Assembly (NCBI GenBank): GCA_030583785.1 | Contig: CP129475.1 | Coordinates: 415,559-479,558, forward strand | Reading direction: 5' to 3' | Length of the DNA: 64,000 nt | Source: Candidatus Dojkabacteria bacterium | Lineage (GTDB): Bacteria > Patescibacteriota > Dojkabacteria > B142 > OLB20 | Program-made: the position numbers and the translations under genes | In this document: positions 63,827-64,000 of the stretch, piece by piece | How the letters are laid out: the number at the start of each line of letters is the position of its first letter | Numbering within the stretch: position 1 is the stretch's first letter | The notes under the pieces: generated by a model | The model's database searches: none | Told to the model about the DNA's origin: nothing | The model's input: only the letters and a program-made list of their open reading frames with translations

Positions 63827-64000
63827 ATGAAAAAAATATTAGGTGTACCAAAATCTATAGCGAACTTCTTGCAGGAAGTCATACAAGAAATAAAACTTGT
63901 AGAATTTCCATCTAGATCAGAAGTTGTTCGTAAAACAGCAATAGTTTTTGCTGTATCAATTACGATGGGAATTATTCTCTTAGGTCTTGATACTCTACTC
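63827..64000 (+). CDS. secE: Preprotein translocase subunit SecE, N-terminal part (runs off window end)
   Basis: The translation MKKILGVPKSIANFLQEVIQEIKLVEFPSRSEVVRKTAIVFAVSITMGIILLGLDTLL carries the SecE motif (V..E..KV.WP.R.E......VV.) plus a TM helix. Confidence 0.7.
   Translation, partial: MKKILGVPKSIANFLQEVIQEIKLVEFPSRSEVVRKTAIVFAVSITMGIILLGLDTLL

Overview
This is a gene-dense, low-GC window that is mostly coding, with most genes on the minus strand. I call about 57 protein genes and 5 tRNAs (Leu-CAA, Thr-GGT, Tyr-GTA, Thr-TGT, Trp-CCA). Housekeeping blocks make up most of it: partial yebC; LCP; rluD-lspA-(lgt-like)-M16 peptidase; efp; dnaB; rpmE/prfA-prmC; htrA-like/ctpA-like; rpsF-ssb-rpsR; ychF/beta-CASP RNase/cca/cysS; dnaX-ybaB-recR; rpsU; rseP; rpsB-tsf-frr; topA-dprA; mreB-mreC-mreD-mrdA; an rlmB-like gene; and rpmG-tRNATrp-secE (the window ends inside secE). 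Three accessory blocks stand out. First, two adjacent membrane-anchored surface genes carry a dockerin-like C-terminus and a cohesin-like N-terminus. Second, a sensor kinase and a PAS/GAF protein sit next to a type IV pilus locus (receiver, PilB, PilC and four pilin-like genes with Ala at -1 in place of the usual Gly, one fused to an LVIVD beta-propeller through a TP linker and one to a LamG lectin domain). Third, a 2501-aa glycine/serine/threonine-rich giant secreted protein has an internal duplication, repeated DLYWG..C..NCG modules and two tandem C-terminal domains, and is followed by two small paralogous membrane proteins. Smaller oddities are a 56-bp tandem repeat seeded from the 3' end of tRNA-Tyr, an EF-P with Arg at the usual modified-Lys position, and a CysRS whose HIGH motif reads TIGN. 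The overall picture (giant surface protein, unusual type IV pilins, Lys-rich tails on ribosomal proteins, minimal gene set) fits a small-genome, possibly CPR/Patescibacteria-like bacterium, but that is an inference. Everything here comes from reading the ORF translations and the raw sequence by eye; no searches were run.
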